DNA of 64,000 nt from Harriotta raleighana (taxonomy: Eukaryota), in contig JBNZDD010013732.1 of assembly GCA_050575255.1 (NCBI GenBank), positions 5,046,951-5,110,950 on the forward strand, written 5' to 3'. This document shows, one piece after another, positions 39,935 to 53,820 of this stretch. The notes below the pieces were generated by a model. It saw only the letters and a program-made list of their open reading frames with translations, was not told the origin of the DNA and ran no database searches. The position numbers and the translations under genes are program-made. Position 1 is the first letter of the stretch, and the number at the start of each line of letters is the position of its first letter.

Positions 39935-40440
39935 TTTTTTTTGGGTCAACCAGGTGTCCAGACACATGCAGAAACTCCACGCTTAAGAGTATCCAAACCA
40001 AACCGAGGATTCCACGCATCCCAACTACACATGGAAATTACAGAGAATGATTGTTGGAATGGAATGCTTATTCTGGAAAATATTAGCTGCAAGAGTCAAG
40101 GCTTGGGGACCCTCGAAGTGTGCAATGAGGTACTCCTGGAGTACACATAACAAGCTAAAACTGCATTGCTTGCCGTTAATAACACTTGCTAGTAAGCTTG
40201 TCCATCTAAGGCCTTGGGGCTTTGGGTTGTAGGGATAACAGGAGTTGCGTGGGATGAATCACTGCTACCAGTGTCTGCCTATCCACCCCCTACCAATGAG
40301 CCAGGGTGGCTGTACTATCACCAGCAGAACTGTATACCTCAGACCTGCCTGGCTCTGGACTATTTACCGCAGAGGACTATCTCGATTCCGACATGGATAC
40401 TGGACAGCAGCTTGGTTCAGAGGCTAGGAGAGCACTGTGA
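39935..40440 (-). repeat. Unclassified interspersed repeat, probably the poly(A)-tailed 3' end of a retroelement (best copy)
   Basis: Homologous segments at ~763-1300, 26240-26578 (opposite strand), 28127-28500, 38872-39150, 57125-57265, and partial at 10490-10610 and 11810-11940. Shared core cttaagagtatccaaacc...cacatggaaatt. Confidence 0.7.
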
Positions 40441-43400
40441 CTCTTTTATTCCAGTGTCAGACTCCCAGCAGAGCAAACAAAAGGAAAAGATGAAGATAAC
40501 GCAAGAAAAGTGGTATTTTTAGCCCATTAACATGGTTATTATAAGATGGGCTAGGAACTATTTTGAAGGAACACAGTCAGATAACGAGCTCTTCCCCTGC
40601 TCTCTCCGCTGTGTAAAATTGTAGTGTTGGAAAGAGTGAAGCTGCAGGCAATGGCAGCAGGTCAGGTGTAGTAGAAGAGAGAAAGAGAGAGAGATCCCAT
40701 CTGCTCCAATGGGACTGAATCTCGAGAGACAAGGGATCTCAGGGAAGGGATGGTTGACAATTATATCAATGCTGCATTACCATTTCCGAAGCCATGTTCC
40801 TTGAGGAGCTCACTGCCAGTAGCATCAAGCAAAAAGCATCAATGTTTTTTAAGAGAAAACTTCAGGCAAACATTAGGGACTCAGCTGGTAGCAGTCACAT
40901 CTCCGAGTTGGAATGTTGTTATGTTGAAGCCACTTATCGGTACTTAGAAGTCATTTAGTGCAGGCTTACATGGCTGAAGGTGTTCTGCATTTTCCTGGGA
41001 GTTAACCAACTGCTTCACAGGATTTCTTGTAAAATGTAGTCACTGTTGTTTTGTAGAGAAACATGGTAGTCAATTTGCACACAACAATGTCCTACAAACA
41101 GCCTCGGAAGTGAACAATCAATTTTATTTGTCTAGCCAGGACACAGATAGTGAGAAACACTTTTCCAATAATGCTACAGAATTTTACAATGTTCACCTGA
41201 ACAGGTACAGACAGGACCCAGATTTAATGTCTCGTCTGAAGGAAGGCAACTCCAACACTTTAACGCTCCACAAATACTGGATTACGACATCAGCATTGAC
41301 TGTGTGCTCAAAGTTCTGATGTGGGGCTTGAAACCACAAGACTGACTTTGAGGACACAGTGCTAACAACTGAACCAGGGCTGACATTGGAGGAGTAAAAC
41401 GGCCTCCTGACATGGGGTGCGCTGGTATTATCGTGGTTTCATGTACAAGGAAGGGAAAATGTAAATCAAAGTCTGCCCTCCATCAGCCATTAGTCACATT
41501 ACTAAAGTATCAGAATAGCTGATAATAATGATAATCCTTGCATTTGATGTAGCGCTGTATCACAGGGTTGCGATATCTCAAAGTGCTTCACAGCATATAT
41601 TGTAATGGACTAAGTGAACAAATTCTTATTATCCTTATTTTTTTGGAAGCGTTGATTTCTCCCGGAAAGCAATCCACCAATCGACTGACAACAGGCTTCC
41701 TACTTATTGCAGATAAACAAGGTTTGTGGAGTAAGGAAACTTGTCTATGGTTTTGCCCTGCCTAGGAATCGACCTGAGGTGAGTGCTCTAACCACTAGGA
41801 TAAGGGACTCCTGATAAATGCAACATACAGGACTAATGAGGGAGGCAGAGCCTGACGCAGACAGCAGAGCATATTTCAACTTCAAACAATTTACAATGGG
41901 ACTTAGAGCTATTGATCTTTGCCGAATGTATTACTGCAGATCACAAAGGTATTGACATTCCAGCAGATGGCTTGTTTTGTGTCTTTTCTCTCTGGGAAGA
42001 AAAGGAACATTATATATAGTACATGTTTACAAATGAACTACACACAGAACGCCAGGGCATGTTTGCTGCTTGGCTTCCTGATCTGAATAGCTGATGACAA
42101 TCTAGCACAAACATACAAACTCCTTTCCTCTCCTCAACCTCTGTCATCTCCAGCAGTGCAAATCTTCTGTCCAAATCCTCCGCTCCACTGATCCGATCTC
42201 TGTTAATCGGTCCTCGCTCCCACCTTCAGCCACTCCGCCTCTGCTCTCTCTCTCTCTGTCCCTTCTACTGCTCTACATTCAAATCGCTTCTTTCTCTTTC
42301 TCTCTCTCTCTCACAAAGACCTCCCTCTGGTCAGTGTCTACACATTTTTATTTCTCTCCATGCTGCTCATTGAATTCTATGATGTCTATGGAGAACATCG
42401 ACATGATGTGAAGCGAGTGAGATAAACACAATTGATGCTGCCAGTTAATTGGAGGGAAGCATCCAGACTCGAACCCCACTGGCCTCAATACCACAATCGA
42501 GCCTGTGTTTCTCAGCTCATGTCTCCATAAGTCTCTAACCACCTGGGACCAACACAGGGAGCAAAGATCTCCTTAAACTTTTCCTCTCCTATGAAAACAA
42601 ATCCAATTCTTCCTGCCATACTCATAACCATTCACTCCTGGTCCCACAATCACCAAAAAATAAATCATAATAATTTGGATACATCGCCTTTCACGTTGAA
42701 ATGTCATCAAAGCAAGTGTCTGGAAAGTGTAGTGGCCATATACATATTGTGTTGGCAAACATGAAGCCAATTTGCACGCAGCAACATTAGCCATGAAGTG
42801 AGTGACCAATTTTATCTGTTGGCCAGGCCAGGACAATCCTTTTCCAATTGATGTCACGGGATCTCTAAGAACAGGGACAGATTTGATATAATGTCTCACT
42901 AAAAGGTTGGCACCTCGGACAATGTAGCACTCCTCCCAGCACAGCACTAGAGTGTCTGCATGGATTGTATAAGCCAAAATCCTGTCGTGGAAGCTTGTAA
43001 ATTTCTTGAAATCTCTTTGAAGTGGGCTCTTTCTTCTTTCCTTTCTCCTCAGTCTTTTGCCTGGGGCTGCGGAGCTTGTGCTGAGTCCCACATTGACTGC
43101 CGGTAATGTTTTTTTTGTTTGGCGTTTTCACGTGCCGCAGTACATGTGCTGGAGGGTGAAAATAGTTTTTGCTCCTCGGTAGTTGCACTAAAAATAGGAC
43201 TGGCAGGAGTTGATGTATCTTCACAATGTGCAGTGTAGTTTGTTCCCCTGAGGGGATTCTTCCTATCCACCTGGCAAGAGGTAGCATTGATGGAGGGAGG
43301 GCTGTGGTGGTGGAGCGCATACCCTTCTCAGAAATGATGAGAAACCTGAATTTGAGGATTTGAGGATCCTGCGGTACTGTTGGAAAAGATAAGCGAGTTT

Positions 43401-44429
43401 CTCTCTCCCGGTGTCTTGGCCAACAATCCCGCAGATAAAATTAGTCACTCACTTCACGACTGTTTGTCGGACATTGAAATGAGCTGCCAGGTCGACCTGC
43501 AAAATTTATTGTTTGCTGCACTTTTCAGTAAATGCTGTGAAGCACTTTGAGACGTCTTCAGACAAGAAGGGCACTGTGCCAAATTTAATATTGTTATTAA
43601 TAAACTCAAAGCACTGACACCAGCGGCTGCAGAAAGCCTATTAAACAACACAGTATGCCATCCGTTCCAATAAGACAGACTTCCTCCTCAGCAAACCCGA
43701 CATGTGTCTCGCCTATCAGAAGCCATCACTTCACCCCACACTGCCCGTCACAGACAATCATACATCAGCCATGTGAAGACAACCCAGCCGACAGATTACA
43801 GTGTCTGTATGTTCAACTCTGTATGTGTATGTATATATCCAGGGGGGTGGGGGGTTATTTGTGTGTACGTGGGTGGGAGTGTGTGTCGGCATGTTCACAC
43901 CAACTGATCAATCTCTCTGTCCTTGGCTGAATTTTGCTTCCTCTGTGTAGGACGAGGGACTGGACTCTAAATTATACAATAAAAAAACATATGTTTCTCT
44001 CAGCCCTGGTCTGGCCAGACTTTGCCACACACAGCAAGTTCAGGAACATGCTCTCGAGAAGGGCGATGGGGTGTCACATCCCATCTGTGGCCAGTGCAGT
44101 GAGGGAGTTGGTACTATGGTGTATCAGACCGAGGATGGCTCAGATCCCTGTCAACCTGTTTGCTCAGTTATTCATCAGCCTCCATACATCTGTGCCCCCA
44201 GCCCCTAACTACCCAGACCTACCAGCCGCATTCACACCTTCAGCCAGGAAAATCCACACCCCCAGCCAGGGCAGCCCATACCCTCAGCCAGGGCACTCCC
44301 CAGGCCCACACCCTCAGCCTAAACCCAGACCTCACCCAGGCCAACCAGCCTACACCTCACAGCCCCAGCTTGTCAACCAGCACACCTGACAACACTATCT
44401 ACCAGGCATGTCTGAGGTACTTCCAGGCA

Positions 44430-45590
44430 ACACACACTCTCACACTCACCAATACACACTCTCATATGCACTAACACACACTAACACTCTCACTAACATA
44501 CACTAACACACTCAAATACACACTCACACATAAATCCACACAAATACTCACATACACAATAACACCTGCTCACTGACACATGCACTAACACACTCTCTAA
44601 TACTCACTAACACACATTAACACAAACATACACTCGCTCACTAACACACTCAAATACACACACACACACAAACCCACACTCACATATACTAACACACATT
44701 CACTAACAATTTACTGACTGGTTCACTANCTCTCAAATACACACTCACACACATAAATCCACACAAATACTCACATACACAATAACACCTGCTCACTGAC
44801 ACATGCACTAACACACTCTCTAATACTCACTAACACACATTAACACAAACATACACTCGCTCACTAACACACTCAAATACACACACACACACAAACCCAC
44901 ACTCACATATACTAACACACATTCACTAACAATTTACTGACTGGTTCACTACCAAACAGTAACACAAAGAAGCTCACTCACCGAACACACTAATACTGTA
45001 CAAATATACAGTCAATTCACTTTACAGTATACAGTATTCTGTAAAGCGCNTACTGACTGGTTCACTACCAAACAGTAACACAAAGAAGCTCACTCACTGA
45101 ACACACTAATGCTGTACAAATATACAATCAATTCACTTTACAGTATACAGTATTCTGTAAAGCGCTTTGAGACCTCCATAAGACATGAAAAAGCATTATA
45201 TCAAATTCTTATTATATTATTTATTATTATAACACATACACAAATTCATACACTCTAACATAAACACAGACTCACACACACTAACACACACACACACACT
45301 CATACACACACTTTCATACTATTAAGCACTATGATGTGTCGGATAGCCGGCTGACCAAAAAATTACCCTCTTGACTGCATCAGATCTNCATAAGACATGA
45401 AAAAGCATTATATCAAATTCTTATTATATTATTTATTATTATAACACATACACAAATTCATACACCCTAACATAAACACAGACTCACACACACTAACACA
45501 CTCATACACACACTTTCATACTATTAAGCACTATGATGGGTCGGATAGCCGGCTGACCAAAAAATTACCCTCTTGACTGCATCAGATCTC
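44430..45590. repeat. CA-rich low-complexity tract with several N-joined duplications
   Basis: actaacacac units. Blocks are duplicated around Ns at 44729, 45050 and 45388. Confidence 0.8.
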
Positions 45591-46944
45591 AAAATAAGCA
45601 TCCCTTAATTGTGCCTTTTCACTGATAATGCTAACGTCGTTTCTCAAAAGAGCAAGAGGAAAAAAGAACATGCGTTTTAAGAGTGCTTCTAATGTCCAAA
45701 CATCTCAAAAGCACACTACAGTGATTATTATACACCAGGTTTTTTAAAAAAAAATTGTGTCATGAGATATTTTAGGTCCAGTTGACCTACCTAACCCTCA
45801 CCACCTACCCCCCCACCCCTCTCCCCACCATCCATCCAGCACTGGTCAACTCACTGCAGTTGGAAATAACATGGGTCAGAACAAAAAGACAANATTTGTC
45901 TTTTCAAATTGTGGCATGGGATATTTTAGGTCCAGTTGACCTACCTAGCCCTCATCACCTACCCCCCCAACCCTCTCCCCACCATCCATCCAGCAATGGT
46001 CAACTCACTGCAGTTGGAAATAACATGGGTCAGAACAAAAAGACAACCTTTGTGTGTGTACCAAACATGGTAGAGTAAATCAAATAACTTAACACCAGCT
46101 AAAAAAAATTAGGTAATTTTCATTCCTATCCATCGGGAGAAAAGTCCCCGTCAAAGGGCATCTCTATTTGTCCGACCAAAATCATCAAGACAGCATCTCG
46201 TGCAAAACATCCATCACTATGATNAAAACATGGTAGAGTAAATCAAATAACTTAACACCAGCTAAAAAGAATTAGGTCATTTTCATTTCTATCCATCGGG
46301 AGAAAAGTCCCCGTCAAAGGGCATCTCTATTTTCTGACCAAAATCATCAAGACAGCATCTCGTGCAAAACATCCATCACTATGATAGACAACCTTGATGC
46401 CCAGCCGTTGCTTACAGGCAAACGTTCATCTGGTGCATAACACAGAGACAAATCACCACACTGTAATTGGTCACGTCTGCTGAGTGAAAAGCTTCCATTT
46501 CCAAGATGACAAAATTTATTTGCAGGATTTAAGCAGTGATGCCTGGCTGACCTAACTTGTCCAGTGGTTTGGCTTCTGCCATTCCCACATTGTGCCAGGA
46601 GCTGTAATGTCGCCAGGTGATTGAATCGGACCCTCTCTCTTACCCAGGCCACATACACACACACACACACAACAACAACAACAAAAAGAGCACAACAAGA
46701 ACTGCACAAAACAATAACATAACAACTAACCTTGAGACTTTTAAGCAAAATAGAAGCCCAAGGTATTAAGGGGACATAGCAGCAAGGATACAGAACTGGC
46801 TGGTAGACAGAAAGCAGAAAGTGATGAACCTCATCCTAGACGAGAACATAGAACTCTGTAGCCTGTGTCCTCTCCCGCACCAGGCTGTGCAACCCCATCA
46901 CCCCCATCCTCACTCAACTTCATTGGCTCCCCATCACACAGAGG

Positions 46945-47357
46945 ATACAGTTCAAGATCTTGGTCCTCACTTTCCAAGCCCTTCTTTTTGTTGCACACCC
47001 CTAACTCTCCATCTCCTAAACCCCTTCCAATTTGTCTGCTCCCTCCACTCAGCAGGCTCTGGCTTGCTTTGCGTCCCCCGTCTCACCTGCCCCACCATTG
47101 GCAGGAGGCCCTTAGCCACCCTGCTACCATCCTTTGGAACTCCATCCTGCAATCCCTCTGCCTCACCCCTTCCCTTGCCTCCTTCAAAACCCGTCTCAAG
47201 ACCCTCCTCTTTGACCATGCCTTCAGTCACCCTCCTTCCCCCCCCAGTCCTCCATCCTCCCCAATCCCTAGCTCAGATTAGAAACACTGAATGCCCAGCG
47301 CCTTGGGACATCCTCCCGATGTGAAAGGCATTACAGAAATTTAGCTTTGTTGTTGTT
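46945..47357 (+). mobile_element. L2 LINE 3' fragment
   Basis: LWNSILQSL...SLASFKTRLKTLLFDHAF then cagcgccttgggacatcctcccgatgtgaaaggc...ttgttgtt tail. Confidence 0.8.
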
Positions 47358-47612
47358 TGGTCAACACCTTTCCAACCTGACCACTTCATTTACAGGTGAC
47401 TGTAAGTTGGAAGGAGATGTAAGTATGTAAGTTGTGTAGAAAAGACAAACGATCCTTCCAAGGATTGCCCAGATCCCAATCTGACACCTCGCATTTGACA
47501 GATTTTACGTAAGTATTTAAATTTATAGATTTTAAATGTATGAATGTTCAGATTCAGGAATCCCTCCACATTGACCCCCTCCTCCCCCATTTCAAGATTT
47601 TCCCCTCTATTT

Positions 47613-47645
<33 letters not shown>

Positions 47646-48091
47646 NNNNNNNNNNNNNNNNNNNNNNNNNNNNNNNNNNNNNNNNNNNNNNNNNNNNNNN
47701 NNNNNNNNNNNNNNNNNNNNNNNNNNNNNNNNNNNNNNNNNNNNNNNNNNNNNNNNNNNNNNNNNNNNNNNNNNNNNNNNNNNNNNNNNNNNNNNNNNNN
47801 NNNNNNNNNNNNNNNNNNNNNNNNNNNNNNNNNNNNNNNNNNNNNNNNNNNNNNNNNNNNNNNNNNNNNNNNNNNNNNNNNNNNNNNNNNNNNNNNNNNN
47901 NNNNNNNNNNNNNNNNNNNNNNNNNNNNNNNNNNNNNNNNNNNNNNNNNNNNNNNNNNNNNNNNNNNNNNNNNNNNNNNNNNNNNNNNNNNNNNNNNNNN
48001 NNNNNNNNNNNNNNNNNNNNNNNNNNNNNNNNNNNNNNNNNNNNNNNNNNNNNNNNNNNNNNNNNNNNNNNNNNNNNNNNNNNNNNNNNNN
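47646..48091. other. Assembly gap (446 N), preceded by a poly-G run
   Basis: N run in the sequence. Confidence 0.99.
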
Positions 48092-48690
48092 AGCTGGATT
48101 TTGTGGATTGTGGTGGAGGGGAGACCGGAGAGGAGGGCATTGCAATAGTCCAGCTGAAGGCATGGACCAAGGTTTCAGCGGCTTTTGGAGGTATTGCCGG
48201 AGACGGGCGATCCGTCGGAGGTGGTAGAAGGCAGTGCTGGTAACGGACCGGATATGGGGGAGGAAGGACATTTGGGGGTCGAACCTGACGCCTAGGTTGT
48301 GCACAGGTTCAGAGAGTTTTAGGGACAGGCCGGGAAGGTGGAAGAGGTGAGAGCCGTGTGAATGGAGACGTTGACGAGAGCCAAGGAGTATGGCCTCCAT
48401 CTTGTCGACATTCAGCTGCAAGAAANATAGGTTGTGCACAGGTTCAGAGAGTTTTAGGGACAGGCTGGGAAGGTGGAAGAGGTGAGAGCCGTGTGAATGG
48501 AGACGTTGACGAGAGCCAAGGAGTATGGCCTCCATCTTGTCGACATTCAGCTGCAAGAAATTTGCGCTTATCCAGCCCCTGATGTCTGAGAGGCAGGCTG
48601 GCAGAACATCAGGGGACTGGGGGTCGCAAAGTGAAGTGGGGAAATACAGTTGCGTGTCATCTGCGTACATGTGGAAATGTGCGTACATGT
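48092..48690 (-). mobile_element. L2-clade LINE reverse transcriptase fragment
   Basis: FHMYADDTQLY...CLSDIRGWISANFLQLNVDKMEAILLG...VHNLGVRFDPQMSFLPHIRSVTSTAFYHLRRIARLR. Abuts the N gap and contains an N-joined duplication at 48426. Confidence 0.9.
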
Positions 48691-49189
48691 GGAAGACAGA
48701 TGGTAGTGAATAGAGAGACAAATATAGAAGGGCTAGAAATATAGATAGAAGAATTGCAGAATAGGTAGGGAGAGAATGTATTGAAAAGACAAGAGAGAAA
48801 TTAAGGAAGGGAAAAAGATTGAGGGAGAATAAAATGGGAGGAAGAAATGAGTGAGACACACACACACACACACACCATAACTGTATCCAAGACAGCCCCG
48901 GCAGGGAGACAGGATGCCAGAGGTGCTGCGGTTTAATTAAATGACTGAAATAGCTTCTGAGTTACTCTCACCACGTGTCACCCTAGGCTGTTAGCAACAC
49001 TCCCGGCTTGATTCCCAGGTCGGGGACATTGAGCTCACAATCTTGGTTGACACTCCAGGACTGTCAGCCGTGCTGTACCATTGGAGGTGCCATTCTTCAG
49101 GTCAGATGTTAAACCAAAGTATCTGTTTCAATTAGATTGTAACAATCCCGCGCACTAACCCAAAAAGAGAAGAGAATATGTACAATAAC

Positions 49190-49468
49190 AGTAATCCTTA
49201 CATTTGATATAATGCTTCTAGACATCTCAAAGCGGTTCACGGAATATACGTAAAGTGGATTCACTACATTTGTGGGCGAAATGCAGCAGCCAATTGCACA
49301 CAGAAGTGTCCCATAAACAGTCGTGAAATGAAATGACCACATTATTGTATTTTTCACTTGAGGGTTTATTATAAGGCGTGTGAGGTAAATAAATTTGCCC
49401 GAGGTTTTGCCCTGCCGGGAAACAAACCCAGGTCCCTCGCTTGCTCTAATCAGTCAGCTACAGGACTC
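49190..49468 (-). mobile_element. tRNA-headed SINE
   Basis: Same family on the reverse strand, with a small deletion in the head. Confidence 0.8.
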
Positions 49469-51874
49469 TAAAAAGGGAGTTTCTCTCTCCTCGGGTCATG
49501 CTGAAAAATCTCCCAGATAAAATTAGTCATTCACTTCATGGCTGTTTACTGTTAAAAAAAAACGGTCACTTTTGCCTATTAAGAACCATGTCACTACAGT
49601 TGACAGTGAGCACTTCTGAAGTGCTTTGAGTTCAGTAATAAACTCATAAAAATCCTTGCATTTGACTCAGCATTTATAAATATTACACATTTCAAAATGG
49701 TTCACAGGATTTACTGGAAGGCAATGCTCTCTGAAAGTCTATTCCAAAGTCCCTCCCTCCTCACATGAAAATCAACTTTAGACACATCATTTCCCCCTCC
49801 CAACACTTTCCTCAGCTCCCACCAGACCCTAAGCTTGGGCTGACACCCAGCTGTGTGAAATGAGATGCCTTCCTATGTAAAAGTCGTCAGCCGTATAAAT
49901 GTGAATTGTTTTAAAGTGCAGTGATTGTACACTCTATTTATGTTGGTGAACCCAGAAGCCAATTTGCACATTGAAACACCACAAAAACAGTCATGAAGTG
50001 AATCACTAATAATAATCCTGACATTTGATATGGCGCCTTACCACGTCGAGACATCTCAAAGCGTTTCACAGGATATGCTGTGAAATGGAACGACGGTCTA
50101 TTTTGTGAATGAAACACAGCAGCCTTTTACGCACAGCAATGTCCCACAAACAATTTTATTTGGGGGTATTGTAGTGTCAACCTACACTATGTGTTAAGTC
50201 TCCGACTTAGACTTGAACCCAAAACTTCGGATTCAGAGTCAAGTGTGCGACTACTACGCCTGGCACTGATTAATATGGTGATTCTGTGACCAGAACTCCG
50301 AGAGAAATTCCCTTCTCTTTTCCTGATCGGATCATAGTGGGTTTAGATGATGGTAGAGATTTATCACGACTCTTAAATTTTGCAAGTTTGCTTCCAATTG
50401 CCACCCTGTGGCAATGATTCGCTGCAAAGTGAACTTCGCTCTGTTGATGGAAATCTATTAGGCAACTATAAACAGAACACTGAACCGCAAAATAGTTTGT
50501 GAGCAGTAGTCCTGATCAGCACTTAATCCAGCCAGCCACCTCGCCGGGATTTGAAGAGGTGGGGGGGGGTGGACGGGGAAGCAGAGGCGAGAGGATGCAG
50601 AGACACAGTGAGACATTGAGAGACTGGGGAGAGAAAGACAGGTTTGGGACAGAAAGACTGACGGGTTGGGAGGGTAGAGTGAGAGATGGAGAGAGAGAGA
50701 GAGAGAGACTCAGGAAGAGAGATGGGGGAGAGGGACAGGGAGAGAGTGGAAGGATACCCAGGAAGTCTGAGAACCCTTTGTTGAATGCTGATCATTGTGC
50801 ACAAGCTGTGAGCCTTGCTCGTCACTGCCACCTGCAGGCACATTGGGGCAAATTGTTTCCTCTCAACAGAGGAAGCTGCCAGCAGCACCATCAAAATAAT
50901 CGACAAGTTGTATTGATGTATTCACACTGTGTAGCATCTCAGAGCACTCAACCACGGTGAAGCCTGGGTGGGACGTGTGGTGGTGGGGGGGAGGAGGAGG
51001 TGACCGTGAGCATGGTCAAAGAGGAAGAGGTTCCTCAGGCGTGAACTGAAAATGCGGAAGGTGGGTGGGTGCAAGGCAGAGAGAATAAGTGAGTTCCATT
51101 TTTTGGGGTGTCACGGCCGCCAATGATAGAACAGAAGGAATGAGGTACATGCAGAAGGCAGGAGCCAGCCATGTGGAGACTGCGGGTAGCGGAGTGAGCA
51201 AGTTGGAGAGGTAGGGAGGTGATGAAGGGATTTGTAGGCGAGTGTGAGAGGGAGCTAATAGAGCTTGGCAAGGGCTGGTGTGATGAGCACATAGATTTTG
51301 AGCAGGTGAGAGGCAATGGGAGTATTATAGCACCACAAAACAGCAACAGATGGAAGAATTCAGCAGTAAGGTTTAGAGAATGAATCCCTAAAAGACACCC
51401 TTGTGGGACCACCACATACGAAAATATTGGTTTTTTGGTTAGCCAGCTGTCTGATACAGGCAGAAACACAGCAACTTGCTTAATAGCCTCAAAGCTAGAA
51501 TTCCATGCACGGCAACGACACACAGAAGTGTCCCCGTGTCTGCAGTGGATTGTGCATTCTCTCCCCAGAGGGACCTCATCTCAGCCTATGTGGAGCTTAA
51601 GTGGAGTCCTGTAGCTCCTTTATCTCCAGTACAGACAGAATGTGCCATAAATTCCCATGGTTTTACAGTTCTCAACTCCAACGGAAATCTGTCCTCACAA
51701 CCGGAGTGTCCATCTCACCTGTGAGCCCCTGACGTGGGGCTTGAACCCGCAAACTTCTGACTCGAAGGTGAGTGTATTTCTCTCCCTGTTTCACTCTCTG
51801 TTGCTCTCTACCATGTCTTTCCCTCTGTGGCTCATTGCACAAACCACTGATAAATTGCCACACTCACCTTGTTG

Positions 51875-52600
51875 TACCTGTCTCTATCATCTGTTTATAT
51901 CACAATATACTCTTTTATTGTCTCTCACATATATTCTCTCTCATTCCCTATCTCTCACTCACACTCTATCTCTCACTCACATACTTTCGCATTCTCACAC
52001 CCTCTCTTTCTCACACTCTATCTCTCTCACTCTCTCCATTTCTCTCTCAGTCTATCACACTGTCTCTCACAGTCTCTATTTCTCCATTGCACACCCTATC
52101 TCTCTCACTCTCTTTCTCTCTCTGTATCTCACACTATCTTTCAATCTCGCACTCTCTCTTTCTCTCTCACACTCTTGCTGTAATTAGAATCTGGTGAGAA
52201 ACAGAGCAGCTGGTCAACCCGCCCCTTATGAGCACAAACGCATGTTTAAACAAAATGAGTGACTGACAGACAGACAGAGAGACAGACAGATAGAGACAGC
52301 GATTAGACAAGAGTGATGAAGGCACAGAGACACAGAGACAGAGTGATAGAGACAGAGAAAATTATAGAGAGAGTGATAGAGACAGAATGATAGCGATAGA
52401 GACTGAGAGAGTGATGAGAGAAGGGGGAGTGATATAGACACAGAGAAAGAGTGATAGGAAACAAGATACAAAGAGAATTACAGAGAGAGAGATCTAGACA
52501 GAGACTGAGTGAATATAGGGATATGGAGATAGAAATGATAAACAGGAAGATAGAGAGAAATACAGATAAACCGAGCTAACTATATGGAGAGATAGATTTC
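51875..52600. repeat. (CT)-rich tract followed by a (GA)-rich tract
   Basis: tctctcactc-type repeats at 51875-52175 and gagagtgatagaga-type repeats at 52255-52600. Confidence 0.8.
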
Positions 52601-53509
52601 TTTCTTTTTTTGCCCATAAAATATACAATCAATTCTCAGTATATTCTGTGAAGAGCTTTGAAATGTCTTGACTATGTGATAAGACGCTATATCAAATGCA
52701 AGGATTATTATTATTAGTTTTAAGAGATTTTTTCCAGCAAAAGATTATAAGTACAAAGATAGAAATGGACATATACAAAGACATACAGAGATATATAGAG
52801 AGATGCAGAAATAGAGAGATATGTAGAGCAAGAGATGAATACAACAACAGCAACGGTACATCGATAGAGCGCCTTTCATATCGGGGAGGATGTTCCAAAG
52901 TGCTGGGATAGGAGGCGTGGAAGGCGGAGAGAGAGCAGGACAGAGCGGTAGAGTTACAGGGAGGGGGGCATTTCGAGGGAGGGCCACCTAGGGCCTGGGG
53001 CAGCAGCCAAAATGCACCGGCTAAGACATGAGGTAGCAGATAAGTGGGACTTGTGGACAACACAGGAATAGAGAAACAGAGAAAGACAGATAAGGAGAGC
53101 TAGAGCAAAATACAGAGATCAAAGTGCATCAAGTCGCAGGGAGCAAGTTAGAGATACGGAGGTGCAAATAGATACAGCGCTGTGAATTGTCAGTGTGGAC
53201 AACAACTCCAACAACGTACTTATATAGTGCCCTTTATACAAGTTGTAAATTCGGAGAAGTGTCCCTGAATGTTAATCTGGTGTTTGTGTGTATAGGACAT
53301 AGTAAGAGTTGGCATGCAGATATGCGGACCTGTGGACAGACAGTGTGTGGATATGTGGACCTATATATAGTTGGCATGCGGATATGCAGAGTTCCACTGG
53401 TATATAAAAACACAGACATAAATTTTTCCCCCAAAAATGTTTTTATCAAGTCTTCAAACATTTCTGATAATGTACATAAAATGGTTTATGTGAAAGACCG
53501 CCCTGGAGA

Positions 53510-53563
53510 TCATACACATCACATATATATCAACACACACACAAGGTATATACCAACACTGAC

Positions 53564-53596
<33 letters not shown>

Positions 53597-53820
53597 AAGT
53601 ATATACCAACAAACTCACAAGGTATATACCAACACACACTCAAATACATACAAACACACACACACACCAGGTATATACCAACACACAACAGATACATATC
53701 AACACTCACACACCAGATATATATCAACACACCCTGGATATATACCAACATACACACACATACAAGATATATATCAACACACACCAGATATATACCAACA
53801 CACCAGACAGACATACAGGT
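53510..53820. repeat. CA-rich minisatellite (cacaccag.tatataccaacac)
   Basis: Repeated tatataccaacac/tatatcaacac units. Confidence 0.8.

Noticed and set aside
47390-48871. 493 aa ORF and overlapping 187-227 aa ORFs
   Set aside because: Length comes from the N gap and the poly-G run. The only real coding signal is a decayed L2 RT fragment.
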